NCBI GenBank assembly: GCA_964247055.1
Contig: OZ176057.1
Coordinates: 2,046,001-2,110,000 of the forward strand
DNA from: Paragordius varius
Taxonomy: Eukaryota; Animalia; Nematomorpha
Reading direction: 5' to 3'
Length of the DNA: 64,000 nt
Positions within the stretch are counted from its first letter, which is position 1. Every line of letters begins with the position of its first letter. This document shows positions 26,501 through 41,500 of the stretch, one piece after another. Below the pieces are notes generated by a model, which did not search any database, was not told where the DNA came from, and saw only the letters and a program-made list of their open reading frames with translations. The position numbers were made by a program, and so were the translations under genes.

Positions 26501-29500
26501 GTTTGTAATATATTTTATTATTTTTTGGAATCAACTATTTAGCTTTGGCAAAAATAAATTTAAGTTCGCAAATGTTGCCATTTTCTCATATGGAGAGCAC
26601 TTTAAATAACAATTTTATATAAATTATAGGGCCAAAATTAAAAGAACCATGATAATCCTGATACATTGTTAGATTATATATACATATCTTAATAAAATTT
26701 CGTTTAAAAGGTTCCATGTCAAACTATTTGGACGCCATTTTTATTTTGAAAATTTTTGCAAAATATCGTGTTCATTTATTTTTTAAGGTGTATTATTTTT
26801 CAATTTAGCCAATGCACACATGTCACGCTGACTAAATTTTTACCTTTGAGTTTTACCTTAAAATAGGTAATATCAAGTGTTTTTTAAAAAAAGTTTTTTA
26901 TGTAATTCCGGTTTATTGATGTTATCTAAGTGCAAAATTTTGTCATGGTTTCTTTTCCTTCCATAATTTAATTATTTAATTTTAAACAAGCCTGGGGTAT
27001 CCAACTATCCCAATTTGATTCGAAGGACTATAATAAATGTGTTGTACCAAGTGTCAAATATATTGTAATATTTTAATATGTATAGCTAAGAAGGTACCAA
27101 CTAGATTTTTTTTATATTTTGTCAAAGCCTATATCAATTATTAATTAAGCTAGGTAGTAAAATTTAAAGAAATAATAAAACGTCGGAATTTGTTCGCTAA
27201 ATTTTTTTATAAATATGTTATATGTTAAAAAAATAAAATCCATATTAATTTTTATCCGCTCAAATAATTATTCCATTATATAAAATTGAATAAAACAGTG
27301 TCGGAATAAAATATTTTAAATTATTTCCTAGATTATGATATATTTTAACGAGATTTTTATAAAAGGATCATTTAGTTTTACCAAAATTATATTTAAAAGT
27401 TTTTTTGAAATATTTCGATATAGATATAGAGTAATTATATACTTTAATCATTCGCAAGACCTAAAACCAAAAGCAACATGTTAATAATGGTATACTTTTT
27501 AATCAGAATATAATTATAAGGATATTTTTTATACTTCCTGATTCAGGTTTATATAAATTTGAAGTAGCCATCATTTGTTGTAAAATTAATGGTAATTTAT
27601 GGTAAAAATAGTTAAAAATAGTTTTAATATGTTAGAAAATTTTCAATAAATTTTTTTCAACTTTTTTTTTATAAATTTAAACCTGAACTGCGTTTAGGAA
27701 ATATGTTAATGGTAGGATGGAAAAAGCTACAAAAAGAGTAATCCATGATCTTCGATTTTCCATATCCAAATAGTAAGTTCTGTAAGGACCATGAACTTTG
27801 CATTTAAACACGATGGGTGAAATCATGCCCGTATTTTTATTTCGATTTCTTTCTCGCAAGCTTTCAATATTACTAATATAAGAAGCATTCATATAATATT
27901 TAAATATTTTTCAAGTTTTGGCACACCCATGTTATGGTTTTATTGAAAATAAAAATCGATATGAACTCATAATTAATTGAAATTGTATGTAATATTATTT
28001 AATACAATGGAATAAAAGTTACATTTATTTTAGAAAGCATAGATACTTCAAATTGGGGTATCTAATACCCCAGACTATATTTAAATTGATATTTTTAATA
28101 AAATACTGAAAGAAACGGTCCCAATTAAAATTTATGCTATCTTAATAAAAATTATATAAATTCGAAATATGTGAAAAAAATTAGTTTTGGATAGCTTCAA
28201 ATTATCTCGACGCCATTTTTATTTTACAACATTTTTGCAAATCTTGTATATATTTAGAAGTTAATATTATAGCTCATTATTTTTTTAAATCACAACTAAA
28301 TTGATAGAACATATAAAGTGGTTTATTTTGAATTATTAATTTAGCTAATGCTACAATTAAGTATGGCTAAATTTATAACTTTTGGTTTTGCCGAAAAATG
28401 AGTTATATCAATTATTTTTAAATATATTTCGGTTCTTAATTTATGTAAGTGCAAACTTTTGCCATGTTTTACATTCATTGTTTATTTTTCCAATTTAATT
28501 CAAATCGTCTGGGGTATCCAAACGACCCCAATTTGAATTTAAGGACTGAAACGAATGTGTTGTATTAAAATAAAGCGTATTTACAGTAAAATTTAATATT
28601 ATTTGACCAAAACGTAAAAATATAAGACAAATATTTTATTCTACCAACCATACTTTTTGATTTTTTTAAATACTCATTATTTTAAACTTCAAACTTACGA
28701 TTTAAATTAAATGATAGTGATAGGATAAATTAAGGTTTAAAAAAGTATTGTTATATTTTGGAAAAAAATTTGTCTTAATATTACATTTTGTTGTATAATT
28801 TCAATTTTTACTCTAATATTCGCCAAAAAAATTAAAAATTGGGGGATTGTAATTTAAAATATCCATATATAATATTAATATTTTAAATTATCTTTAAAGA
28901 CTTAATAAATAATCATTTTTAAGACATTTTTTTCAAAATTTATGCATCTCGTTTTTCAAAAACAAAATTTTTTATCTTACATTGGTTGTTTAATCTTTTT
29001 ATAAAGGGTGGGATTCCGGATTTGGATCGTATCATGAAATAATTTATAATCACAATATTTATACTTCGAGGTAATCTGAGGCGATTTTTTTACGTAAGGC
29101 TTTGTGTACAACTAATGATTTTACAGATTATTAGAAACTGGATTTTGTCATTAGCGCATTTTCTTGCCCCAACCAACACCGCGAGGAGGTGGAAATAGGA
29201 CTTTGTTGGCCTTGTTTAATCTCTTTACGGTATAAAAATATTTTAGGAGCCCAAAAATTTAATCAACGTTTCGTTTGAGGTTAAACTATGTGTAAAAGGG
29301 CACTTCTAGTGTTAATAGCATTTATAACATATAATTTATAGCTTAAGTGTAATTTTTATTTAGGTGGAAATTAAACATTAGAGTTTAAGTTTTAATTATA
29401 GATATAAAGCGTATAAACTAAAAAACAAATATATTTTTTAATGGAATAATTTTTCTTACTTTGATTTTTTTACGTAAAATAATTAATTTTAATTTACAAA

Positions 29501-32500
29501 TATGTAATTTAATGCATTTTCCCTGTTTCGCAACCCCAAAACGATTAGTTGTAATTGAAAAGACAGGGTTATAAAAAATGATTTTTTATAAAAAAACTTT
29601 AATTGTAGTTTAATATAAAATTTCGTCAATATCAATTTAAACTACCGTAAATTAAAAAATCTATTAAAATGATAAAATATCTTTAAAAATAGCAAATTTA
29701 AAAATAGTACATTAACATATCCGCAAAAGGAATTTATTCACTCTTAAGTTACGGATTTGAAATTGTCCTATTCTTAAATTTGCTATAATAAATTTTTTAT
29801 GATTTTATACTCATAATAAAAACAATTTTATAAAAAAAGCCACCATATAAAACAGAGTACAGTATAAAAAATTTGATTAAATTTAAAAATGTAAAATGCA
29901 AAACACCTGTCATCTGTTGTACAATCGGTACAATGAGTTTTACTGACACAAACACACTTATCACGGGCTGAGGATTTGCGCCCCCTTTGTTTTCCACACA
30001 GCAAACAGCTGTTATTATCATTGGTTCTTCTATACGGCTTTAACACATATATAAATACCGTATGAATAAGTATACATTATATACAGTCATGTATACTTTA
30101 TTTTATCAAAAAATTTATTTTCTTTCGTTAAATGGCATAGAGAATGGAAAAAACAAGAGCTCTATGGTATTAACAATATTTCATCAAAAAAGTAAAGAAT
30201 TACCATAGAGCTCTTGTTTTTTCCATTCTTTACCAAATATTAATTTATGCCCATTTAATGAAAAATAAATGATAAAATAAAGGATACATGACTGTATTTT
30301 ATTTATAATTGCATTAGAGTAAACATTGAATTAACAGACAAAACGGTATTATATAAAGTAAATCTCAAATTATCCTATGAAATCATTTAAGTACAATTAT
30401 AAAATACGTTGATTGTGTTACCATCTTTCATTTTTATTTTATACTTTGCAAACTTAAAACAATCATTTATAAATTAAAAAAATAAGATTCAAACAGTAGT
30501 TTTGTAGAAAAAAATATTTATATGCCTTTAAATTTTTACGTTTCCAAATTTCGATTTTTACTGTACATAAAGAAAGCAAAGGGAAATTGGCTAATATATA
30601 GTAAAAAAAGAAACAAAAACCCATGGGAAAATTCTGTTGCCCTTTACTTTTTATGCTATCTGGTGGCGAAATCAATGAAATACTAGCAATTAAGGTACAT
30701 ATACGAAATCAGTAATTATTCAAAGTGTATACAGACAATGCGCTGAAAATTCAAAAATGAAATAATTTGCCTAAAAATAAACCATATTTTTTTAACCTTT
30801 TTAATCTTTAAACGTATAATTCGTTTTGGAATGATAAATAATGTAAATTGGTACTCTAGAAGAATATATAATTTAAAATTGCATTAAACAGGTGTATGTG
30901 GAAATAATAATGTTGAGAATGGTGGTTGGGTGATTGTTTATACAATAGCATATGGGTAAAAAACAACAAATGGTTAAAATTACAATATCTTACAACATTT
31001 AATTTTATTTAATTATAGACAAAATTTCTTTTATATCATACGCTACTATATTAATGAATGCCGATGCCCAACAATAATCTAAATTATTCAACATTTCAAG
31101 CGCATACTCTAATTCATGTAGGAAATATTTATGGTTAAAGAAAGTTATGGTTGTTTGTTTTTAGAAAAAATTATTGTATTTTTTACGTTATGTCGTCCGT
31201 ATACTTAAATTTTAACTGTACAGAAAAAATTGAAATTATACGGAAACGTTAAAATATAAAAACAATTTTTTTTTCAAAAGACAACCATACTTTTCTTAAC
31301 TTATTGTTTCGAATTGCATATTATAGAATTGATATCTATATTGGTGACACAATAAATATTTTTTAAAATTGTAATTATATAATTTGTATGAGAAAAATTA
31401 TGGTTTAAAAAAGTATGGTTGTCTTTAAAAAAAATATTTGCCTTTATATTTTAACAATTTGTCCGTATTTCAGTTTTCATTGTTAAAGTATGGTTATTAC
31501 CTTTAAATAAGTTTGAAAAATATCATAGGTTATGATGGAAGATACGGCTAGTATGTTGGAGGCACCTGTAGAGGTTATAGCCATGAGAAGTAGGAGGTAT
31601 AGTAGAAAAGCCCCTTTCGGTCCCAATATATAGGTAAACACTAGCGGTAAAACTAAACCTACATACCAAAAAATAATTTTTAGACCTTATTTATGCTCCA
31701 AACTTTAACACTTACTATTTACACCCCTCAAATTCACATTATATATTTTTTTGAATATAAATACCTAATTTTTTTGTCATTTTATTTAAAAATGAAATAA
31801 GATTTAAAATTAGCATGATAAAGAAAAAATAATCAAATATGCACATGCCATAAATTATTATTTCATATCAATAAGGATAAAATTAGCCCAAAAATACTTA
31901 ATTTGTTTTTTAGTTTGAATTCGGAATATTCATGGGTAAATTTAATATGTTCAAAGGTAAATTTGTGGTGTAAATGGTAAAAATTTTTTTAGACAATTCA
32001 CTAATTTTAATTATTGCTAATACAATGTTATAAACTAAAAATGAAAGTGAATAAAAGTAATAATTACCAATAAAAAATAAATTAAGAGATATAAAATAGT
32101 CTTCCATATTATATCGTCCATAATTTATTATAAATATTAGCATTCTTCTTGCATAATTTAGTTTGACCCCTCCACGTTCTTTACTTATTAAATATTTTTT
32201 ATATTTGAAAAAACTATTTTTAACAGCTATCATATTAGTATTTCTGTTCTGACCTCTGTCTATATCCTGATCGGAGAGAAACCGTTTTCCAGCCCTAAAT
32301 TCCAGGGATCTATAACACAAGCCTGCAGCAGTTGCCAGCGTGAATGGGATAGCAAACCAAAGTAAACCGCCAAGGACAAAGCCTAAAACAGCATTTCGCG
32401 GTTTACATGCCACAGCACAATTCCAATACGATTGATCAATGAATACTGCTCCGAAATTACCTACGTATGCGATTATTATATCAAAATATTTAGGGTTCAT

Positions 32501-35500
32501 GAAAAATTACAGTCTGTGGATATGAATTAGCCTTATCTTTATTTAAACTAGTTAAAGGGCCTTTTAATTAGCATGTCAGTAGCAATATGTATGAGATTTT
32601 TCGTTTATATTAGTCCAAAATTTAAATGAACACTATATTTTCTGTTTACAGTTTTTAAAAAATGTAACTAATTAAAACGAAACATCTATGGCTACTGACA
32701 TGTAAATTACATACCCTTTTATCCATTTAAAATACAGATATGGCTTATTAGTGCACGTTACTTTAAAATAATGAAAACTAATTTAGAAAGTTTTTTTTGA
32801 AGTAAGCGCGTGAAATTCAAGGCATGGAATGTTATGTTTAAAAGAATTTTCAATTTTAACATATAATTTTTATAAGGGGTAGAGATTAATACGTATTCTT
32901 TTACAGTAAAAACTGAAATTATACTGACAAAAAGTAAAAATATAAAGACAAATATTTTTTTATAAGGCAACCATACTTTTTAATCTTGTTTTTTTGAAAT
33001 ATAACTCATTGTTTAAAAAGAAAAAATGTAAAATAAAGATATATATGACTAACACAATCAATTCTATATTTTACAGTTGTAATCAAATAGTTAATATTGG
33101 ATTAACGTTTAAAAAAGTATGGTTGTATTTTTAATAAAAACATTTGTCTTGTATTTCGCGTTTTGTCCATATAATTTCAATTTTACTGTATGTTGAGCCC
33201 CAATTTTTTAAATTTGATTTAGATTTCCTAAAAAGCGGTTATAAATAGTAACAAAGTATAATATATAATTTAATATTTTATTTTTAAATTTTTATCAATT
33301 TAATAAATTAACTCTTTTCAATTACCTTTTGGAGTACTTTTATTTTCCAGAACGTTTTCTAATTTGAATATCGTAGAAATATGAAAGTGATTAAGCCAAT
33401 TTTAAAATATACTTTCTTTAGCCTTTTAGACGCATTATAGATTTTTTTTAAAAAATATAAATTGAAAAAAATGCTCTTCTCAAAATCTTTTGCCCCATCT
33501 ATTTCTATACTTTTTTAATCGCTAAGCAACAGGCAAATAAATATATATAATGATTAGAAAATGTAAATAATTAACTTTAAAAAGCTTTCAAGCTACATTT
33601 TGCAGGAAAAACTTGATATATTAATTTAATATCAGATGATCGTTTCAAGTGTGTTTAGGGCTCTCTTAATTTTAGACTCTAGAAGTTATAAAACCGTAAA
33701 AATTATAAGCTTTATCTAACATGAGAAGAGTGTTTGATAATAAATTTTAACTAAAATAAATGTCAAAACTCTAGTTTTACAAAATTAAGCTCTAGGATAT
33801 AAAATTATCCCAAAAGGAAACTATGACAGAAAAGGTAATGAAGTGTTAATAACGTATAGTCTTTATTTTCGTTTGCATTAACTGGATATAAATATAAAGA
33901 TGGGACCAATATAAGCATCATTGAAACAGATACCTGCGTAACAATTGTAAAAAATAACAAATAAATTAAAATCTACAATTGCAAAATTCAATTTACAAAT
34001 TCTTGGTATAATTTTATACTAAAATTAATACCAATTTTCCCCTTATAAAATATTTTAAATGTTCATCCAAAAATATATCAATTGTTTCGATATTTTACAT
34101 TGATTGGTAAAAATTTAATTATAAATGCCATTAAATATATATTGGATTTTATAAAGATAATCCGTTCTTTGTGTTTATTTCCTAAAGTGGCCCGCGAAGC
34201 CATTTTTCACCCCTGGTCTTAATATACAATAGAATCTAAACCAAATTTTAGGTAAAAATTAATCTTTGTTATTTCTTTATAAAATCAGTTTCATTTTATG
34301 TTTTGGCATTGTTTATAAGGTAGCAAAAATTAAAATTATATTCACTATGTATACCTATAACATTGATTATGCCAAACTGCAAACCAGGTAGGGAAAGAAG
34401 CGTCAAAAGACTTTCATGATAATTTTCGGATGGTCCTTGTAGACAATACAAATATTTGTACATTTGACGTATCCCTCCTGGTATATAATAGAAAAATTAC
34501 CTAAAAATGAAGTTATCATTTGAGTTAAACAATTTTTGGACTGCTATCTACCACATAAGATATTTTTGATGTGTCAAATAAAATGCGAAGTATAAACCTT
34601 ATTCGTAAATTTTTTAATTACTAAAATTATTATATATATATATATATATATATACAGTTAAAATTAATTATACGAACAAAACGTTAAAATATAAAGACAA
34701 ATATTTTTATCCAAAAGACAACCATACTTTTTGAAATCTATTTTCCTATTTAGCTTAGTTACAATTGAAAAATATAGATTTTATGCTGTTAGTGATATAT
34801 ATCACTATTTCTTCAATCGATTCGAATTGGGGTATCTAAATACCTCAGATTTAATTAAAGTAGTATTTTCAAAAAAATACAGAAGGAAACTGTCCCAATA
34901 TAAATTTATAATCCTAAAAGGAATTATATAAATAAGCCAAAATATCTTAATATTCTTTTGAAAAAAAAGTTCGACGTCATTTTTATTTTACAAAATTTTT
35001 GCAAAATATCGTCTTCAAATAATTTTAAAGGTAAATATATAGCTAATTTTTTATTTAATTAACATCTAACATTGATAGAAATAGAAAAAATGGTTTATTT
35101 TGTATGCTTTTTCAATTTTACCATTGCAGACATATCTCGTTGACTAAATTTTCCCCTTTTTGGCTTAAAATAAGTAAAAACAAGTATTTATAAATTTTTC
35201 TATATATTTCGGTTTATTAAAAGGGCAATTTGCCATGGTTTCGATTCTTTCCATATGTTTAAATAATTTAATTTTAAACAGGCCTGGAGTAATCAACTAC
35301 CCCAATTTGAATCGAATGACTAAAATGAATGAATTGTATTCAAGTGTTAAACAATGATTTATATTAAAAAAATTATTTTAAAATTATGGTTGTCTTTTAA
35401 AAAAAATTTTTTTATATTTTTACGTCATGTCCGTATAATTTCAGTTTTTACTATATATATACATATAAGTGTGTAATACTAAAAAAATTTTACGTTTTTG

Positions 35501-38500
35501 AAAATGTTTTTTGGAACCAAAACCGCGGTTTTAGACAGTTTAAAAAAGGTAATTTCCAAAATTGTTGATTCAAGGGTATATATAAATTAAGTGTTTGATT
35601 TTTCATAAAGCTTGTAAATATCTTTACGGTTTATATGGACATATTGTAACTATTTGCATTGAAATAAATGGCTATCGCTAATTTAAAAAAAATGTGCAGA
35701 AATTGCTGTTTGACTGAAAACAAAGAGACCGAAACCTAAAACGGTTTTGGCAAAATTATCTTTGAAACTTAACCAAAAGAGTTCTTTCTTTAATTACCCC
35801 GTAAATATATATTTCGAATTGATTTATTGCGATTAAAATAACTATAAAAGTTTATATATATTTACCCAAAGGAGTTGCCATACCACGAGCATATATGACA
35901 TGACTAACATACAGAATGATTATAAAGATAAGGGATGCATTAATGTACGAAACATATATAGTGGCTCCTAGACCCCCAACAAATGTATAGCTACCCATTA
36001 TAATTATCATGAGAAGGCAAAATCCAACCACTCCGATATCGCTTATCAGGGATTTGGTTGCTTGAAACCCGCCTATTTATCGTTTAATAAATTATATAGT
36101 AAAAATTGATGCATTTATACAGAAAAAACGTAAAAAAGTACAACAAATGTTTTTAAACAAAAGACAACGATATATTTTTCTTGAATTGTTATATGGGTTA
36201 TGAAATAAACATCAGAAAAGTGAATTGTAATACACCCAATTTTATAGAGTAAAATTATAATGTATATAAATGATGTTAGAAAAATAAGGGTTTTAAGTGT
36301 GTTTGTCTTTGTCAAAAATATATTTGTTTTTATATATTGAGTTTTAACTGTATACTACCGTGTTAACTATGATATGTCATTAAAAGCGACCTTACCTTTA
36401 AATTTTGTAATCATCAATTAGTAAATACGTGTCCTATTAATATAGTTATTTCATATGTTTTAGTGGATTAAACTGAATTTTAAAAGGCGTTAGAATGGAT
36501 TAAGACGCTCGACTTATAAACTATGGATGTGAATGTGGCAGAATATAAATCAGAGGTCTCTAAAATGCGGCTCTCTGATATGGTATGGTTCGCGATAAAA
36601 TTATCAAATAACAGTAAAATACCATAATTACCAAAAATATCTACAAATCCTGGTATAATTACTGATTCTATTAAATTTTTAGGTATGTTTTTCCAAATTT
36701 TGGCAACTAACCATCAAAAATATGGGGAAATATATCGTAGTTATTTTGGTCTTATTTTTTACAGTCTAGTTTAGGTCTAAAAATTTAGAAATGTCTATAT
36801 ACTTTTCGAATGCGGCTCGCCACTTCATTTAAACTACACAAAGCCATTTGCGTTAGACACCCCTATTTTAAATCAATAAACTTTTTGCTTGTAACATTTT
36901 ATCCTTTAATTGGCTCTCAAAATATCACTAATAACGTAAAATTCTCAAATTTTAAAAAAAGAGACATACTAAATGGTTTTTTATTGCAAAAAAGACATAC
37001 TTACTCAAATATCTCAATATTGTTCAAAGACTAAATATTTGTTAGAATAAAACAGTAAATTATATTTAGAATTTTCGAACTGCGTGCTTCTTGTATTAAT
37101 GAGGTTAACCATCCAAGCATATAAGTTTTTAAACAAAACAAAAATCGATATAAAAATAAATAATTATCTCTATTAATAATTTACACCACTCAAATTTCTA
37201 TTTAATCTTTGTAATTGTAAATTTAGCCTTTACTTAATTAGTAAACAATCGCGTTTATATTATTAAGATTTTCATATCTTAAAGTAGCCTAGCCTACTAT
37301 GTTTTAAAACTTTCATATGCCACATTGGAAAAATTTTTTGTCAACAGTTGCACAATTATAGAATCATTATTTTCTAAGAATAAAAATATGCCAAACGTTT
37401 TAAAAAATTTTGAATATCGGAAGTTAAATATTTTGCTAAAGAATGAATCAAGATTTTATTTAAATTAGCGAATTTTTAAGTATAAGCCCTCGATTTTAAA
37501 TTAATTCCATGATAAATATGGAAAAGTATTATTCCCTCAGGTAAACTTTTGCATTGTATTGGGTTAATATCTTTTCCAAACAATTTAACCTTAGATGTCA
37601 TCTTAAACAATGTAGAAACGGCCAGCATGATAACATTATATAGAGAGGACCGTCAAATATTATTATTATGTTTTTAGCATACCTTTTAGTCACATCAGAG
37701 GATTTCTGATGTTAGATTTGCAGTACCTGCTCCTACAGGTTTTTATTCTTTAGCAAAGCGGTTTTGGTCAAAATTAATTGGATAAAATAAATTAATTTTC
37801 AAGTTCGAGTCACAACCGCGATCATGGTCTTAATGCCATAACAAACGTTTGTGAATTTTTTTAAACCAACTTCATATCCATATTTTGCCTCCGAACGCTA
37901 TACTTGTTTTAAAACTCCTTTTTTACCATTTTATAAAAGAATGCATATATTTTAAATGAAGCATTCCAACAAATTACCTAACATTAGCATACCAGTGACC
38001 AGAGTATTGGTTAATAGGGCAAATCCACAATACAAAATATGACAATAGGGGCCAAATCTAACGCCTATAACCTGAACAAACGTTTTAGCCCCCGGAGCGA
38101 TAATTTTGAATTGAAGCGCTAGATTGGAGAAAAGGATTAATTGAACGCATGCGCCCGCGGCATACCAAAAAGCTCCACTGACCCCATACTATACATATAT
38201 ATATATATATATATATTGTTAGTTTTTCATTAAGTATTCCTAGATAGCATATAAAGCAGGAAAGAGAATTATTATGGGTTAATAGGAATAAAACCTGAAA
38301 AAATAACTTTGATTCAATGATATTGCCCGATTTGCTGAATATGCTATCTGGCGAAAAATGAAAAACTAGGATTATATATATATTTATATATATATATTTA
38401 AAATAATTAGAGATGGTATACATAGTAGGTAAGGGGCCCGATTTTTATAGTGTCACTGTCAATTAGCCCTGGGCAGGCGGCAGGCGAGTGTTAAAGCTTA

Positions 38501-41500
38501 CACTAGTCTTCCTCATACAATTTAAGTCCTTATTTTTTTTTTATAAAAGGTATAGTTTTTATGAAAATAATTAAATTTATTATTTTACTTAGATAAATAT
38601 ATAAACATTATTTTAAATACAAACAATAAAATGGATCACATATTAAATTTATTTTTCAATATTTAAATAATATATAGACATGACAATAATTAATCCCCAT
38701 TATCATGTAATTTTTAAAACAACCTCTTGGGCTCATATTGATTATCGTTTTCCTTTCAAATAATTTCATAGTTTTTGTTAAATTCTCAAGCAACGTATTT
38801 AAGAATAAGGACACTAGATAATAACTCATATAAATTAAGATCAGGAGCCTCGCAGTTATAAACTGCTTTTTAGGTTTAGAAACATATTTTTTTTTAAAAT
38901 TAAAAAATTCTTATGTAAAAGGTACCTTAACCGTTACCGTCGTAGATTGTAAGAGAGTTGCGGCCCAGGTCCAATTGGAAACCAAGAGCGAAACTATAAG
39001 GCTAAACGTAACTTTTCGTCCAGCATCAAAGGCCCGATCAACATTATTCTACAATATGATATATAATTAATCAAAGCATATCATTTTATTCGAGGACCTC
39101 TAAAAACTTCCCAAGTTTAAAATAATGTGTTTTTATAAAAATATCATATATTTTATTTAATATATTTATATTTTATTTTACTAATTATTAATTGAAAAGC
39201 TTAAGATCAATTTTTTGGACATTCAATAAAATCACAAAACCGTATGTCGTTCACATCATATTAAAATAAATTATGATTAATTTAAAACTTAAAGCCCTAA
39301 TTTTACACCTTATATACCTGTCTAAACCAGTTAGGGTGAAATAAATTAAGATATATGGAAAATCTTTGAAATCTTACTTGAATTAAATTTATTATTTATT
39401 ATATTTTTGTGATTTCCACCAAAAAATACTTTAGCGCATGTGCTTTATTTTTTCCGATTTGATGAATTCTTAAATCACTAGGCTTAATAATTCGAACTTA
39501 TGATTTTTCCGTGTATTAAAATATAAAAATATACTTTTTAAATCAATTTTGTAGCATCTAAAATTTGGCATTTTTAGTTTTAACAAAATTGCAGTGAAAC
39601 TAAATATTCATGTGTAAATATAATATAAAAAGTTTTAAATAAATTTAACTCAAATATCATGCCAATATGGCTGAAAAAGGTCTTTGTCCGAGAACTTAAC
39701 TTGAATATTAATACATAAGTTGTTTTTATTGAATCAAATATTATACTTTTATATTAGCTAAGATGGCTCCCAAATTCAATTAAACGCCTGATTTTCTAGT
39801 TAGTTTATCAAAAATCAATAATATATGGTTTTATTTACCTTTTAGAAAAATTGGCATTCGCTGAGATTTTTTACATTTATTTTGGATTAAAAAATTATTT
39901 TTAAAGGTATTTTAAAATGTAAAATTATTTGAGCGCTGCAATTTAACATGCGATATCATCAACATAATATAATCTATACCATAAGCCCTAAACATTGTTA
40001 ACATTAAATTTTTTGAAATTTTTTTATAGTTTTTTAGATATTAAGAAATTGCAAGAATTTTCAATTAATGGCATTTATAGTTAATGCGATATATTAATAT
40101 TTTAATGATTTATGTTTTTTGATTTAATATCTAGTTGACATTTAAAGCAATTAAACTTATTAAACGTAATACCTTGTTGGCTTTTAAGAGTTGTCAATGT
40201 TATAATAGATATTAAACAGGTTGCTTAAACAATTTAGTAGAATTGTAAAATTTATGTAAAAATTATAACCGCATGCATACTGGGGATAACATTAAAATAA
40301 ACTTCTTTTTTCATTAATGTTTAATTAAATTAATTAACGACAAATCAAATCTTGACCGTTAAAATGTCTGAAATTTTTCTGTATTAAAAACTTTTAAATG
40401 TAAAAATTTAATAGCGACTTGACAGTGAAATAATCAAGGTTGACTACGTCTATACAACAATAAATCATTTTTAATAAATACTTCAAATCACATTTTTATG
40501 AGTATCAGCGCATTAAAATAATTAAATATTTATGTTTTATGTCATATCCTTACTGAAAAGATAATTAATTATATTATCCTATCTATATAATTAAATTAAA
40601 TTTTATATCCTAAAATCCCCTTTTTTAATTCCCGATCCAATGCTTCTACACAAATGCACACTCCTTAAATAAATTTGCGTTCAACGTATGATATAACCTT
40701 TTGTTTTTGACTGCTTAAATATCTCTTAGTAATTAAAATTTATATTTAAGTAAATGGAAAATCTGCTTTTAATTTATATTTAGGTGCTAATCGATATATT
40801 TTAACACAATTTTGGCCTCGATTTTAAAATAACAAAAAGGTTAATATGGGTAATCAATCAGCTTTATTACGCTAAAATTACGGTTATTTTTTGTAAAATA
40901 TATTTGTTGATTGGAAACATTTAACACTTGGATACAACACATTTATTTTAGTCCTTTGATTCAAAATGGGTTAGTTGGATACCCCAGGCCTGTTTAAAAT
41001 TATATACTTTAAAAAATATGGTAGGAATAAAAACCATACCAAAATTTTGCACTAATATAACATTAATAAACCGAAATATATAAAAGATTTTATTCAAATA
41101 TACTTAATAATACTTATTTTAATGTAAAACCCATAGGTAAAATAGTCAACCTAACATCTGTGCATTGGCTAAATTGAAAATACAAAATAAACCTCTTTTT
41201 CTATTTTAATCAATGTTATATGTAATTTAAATAAAAAATTAACTATAGTTTTAACGTTAGAATTAAATACAAGATATTTTTCGAAAATTTTGTAAAATAA
41301 ATATGGCGTCCAAGTAGTTTGACCAGAAACTTTTTTTTAAAACGAAATTTAATTGATTTTTTTTAGATAATTTTTATTAGGATAGAAGCATAACCGTTTC
41401 CCTCAGTAGTTTTTAAAGATTATATAATTAAATTTATTCTGGGGTATTTGGAAACCCCAATTCGAATCGAAGTGTTATTAAGCACAACGTTTTGTTTTAA

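Noticed and set aside
37691-37732. Exon-like segment tgtag|gagcaggtactgc..aaaag|gtatgc in DUR3 intron 3
   Set aside because: Stops in all three frames, and exons 3 and 4 already join correctly in phase.
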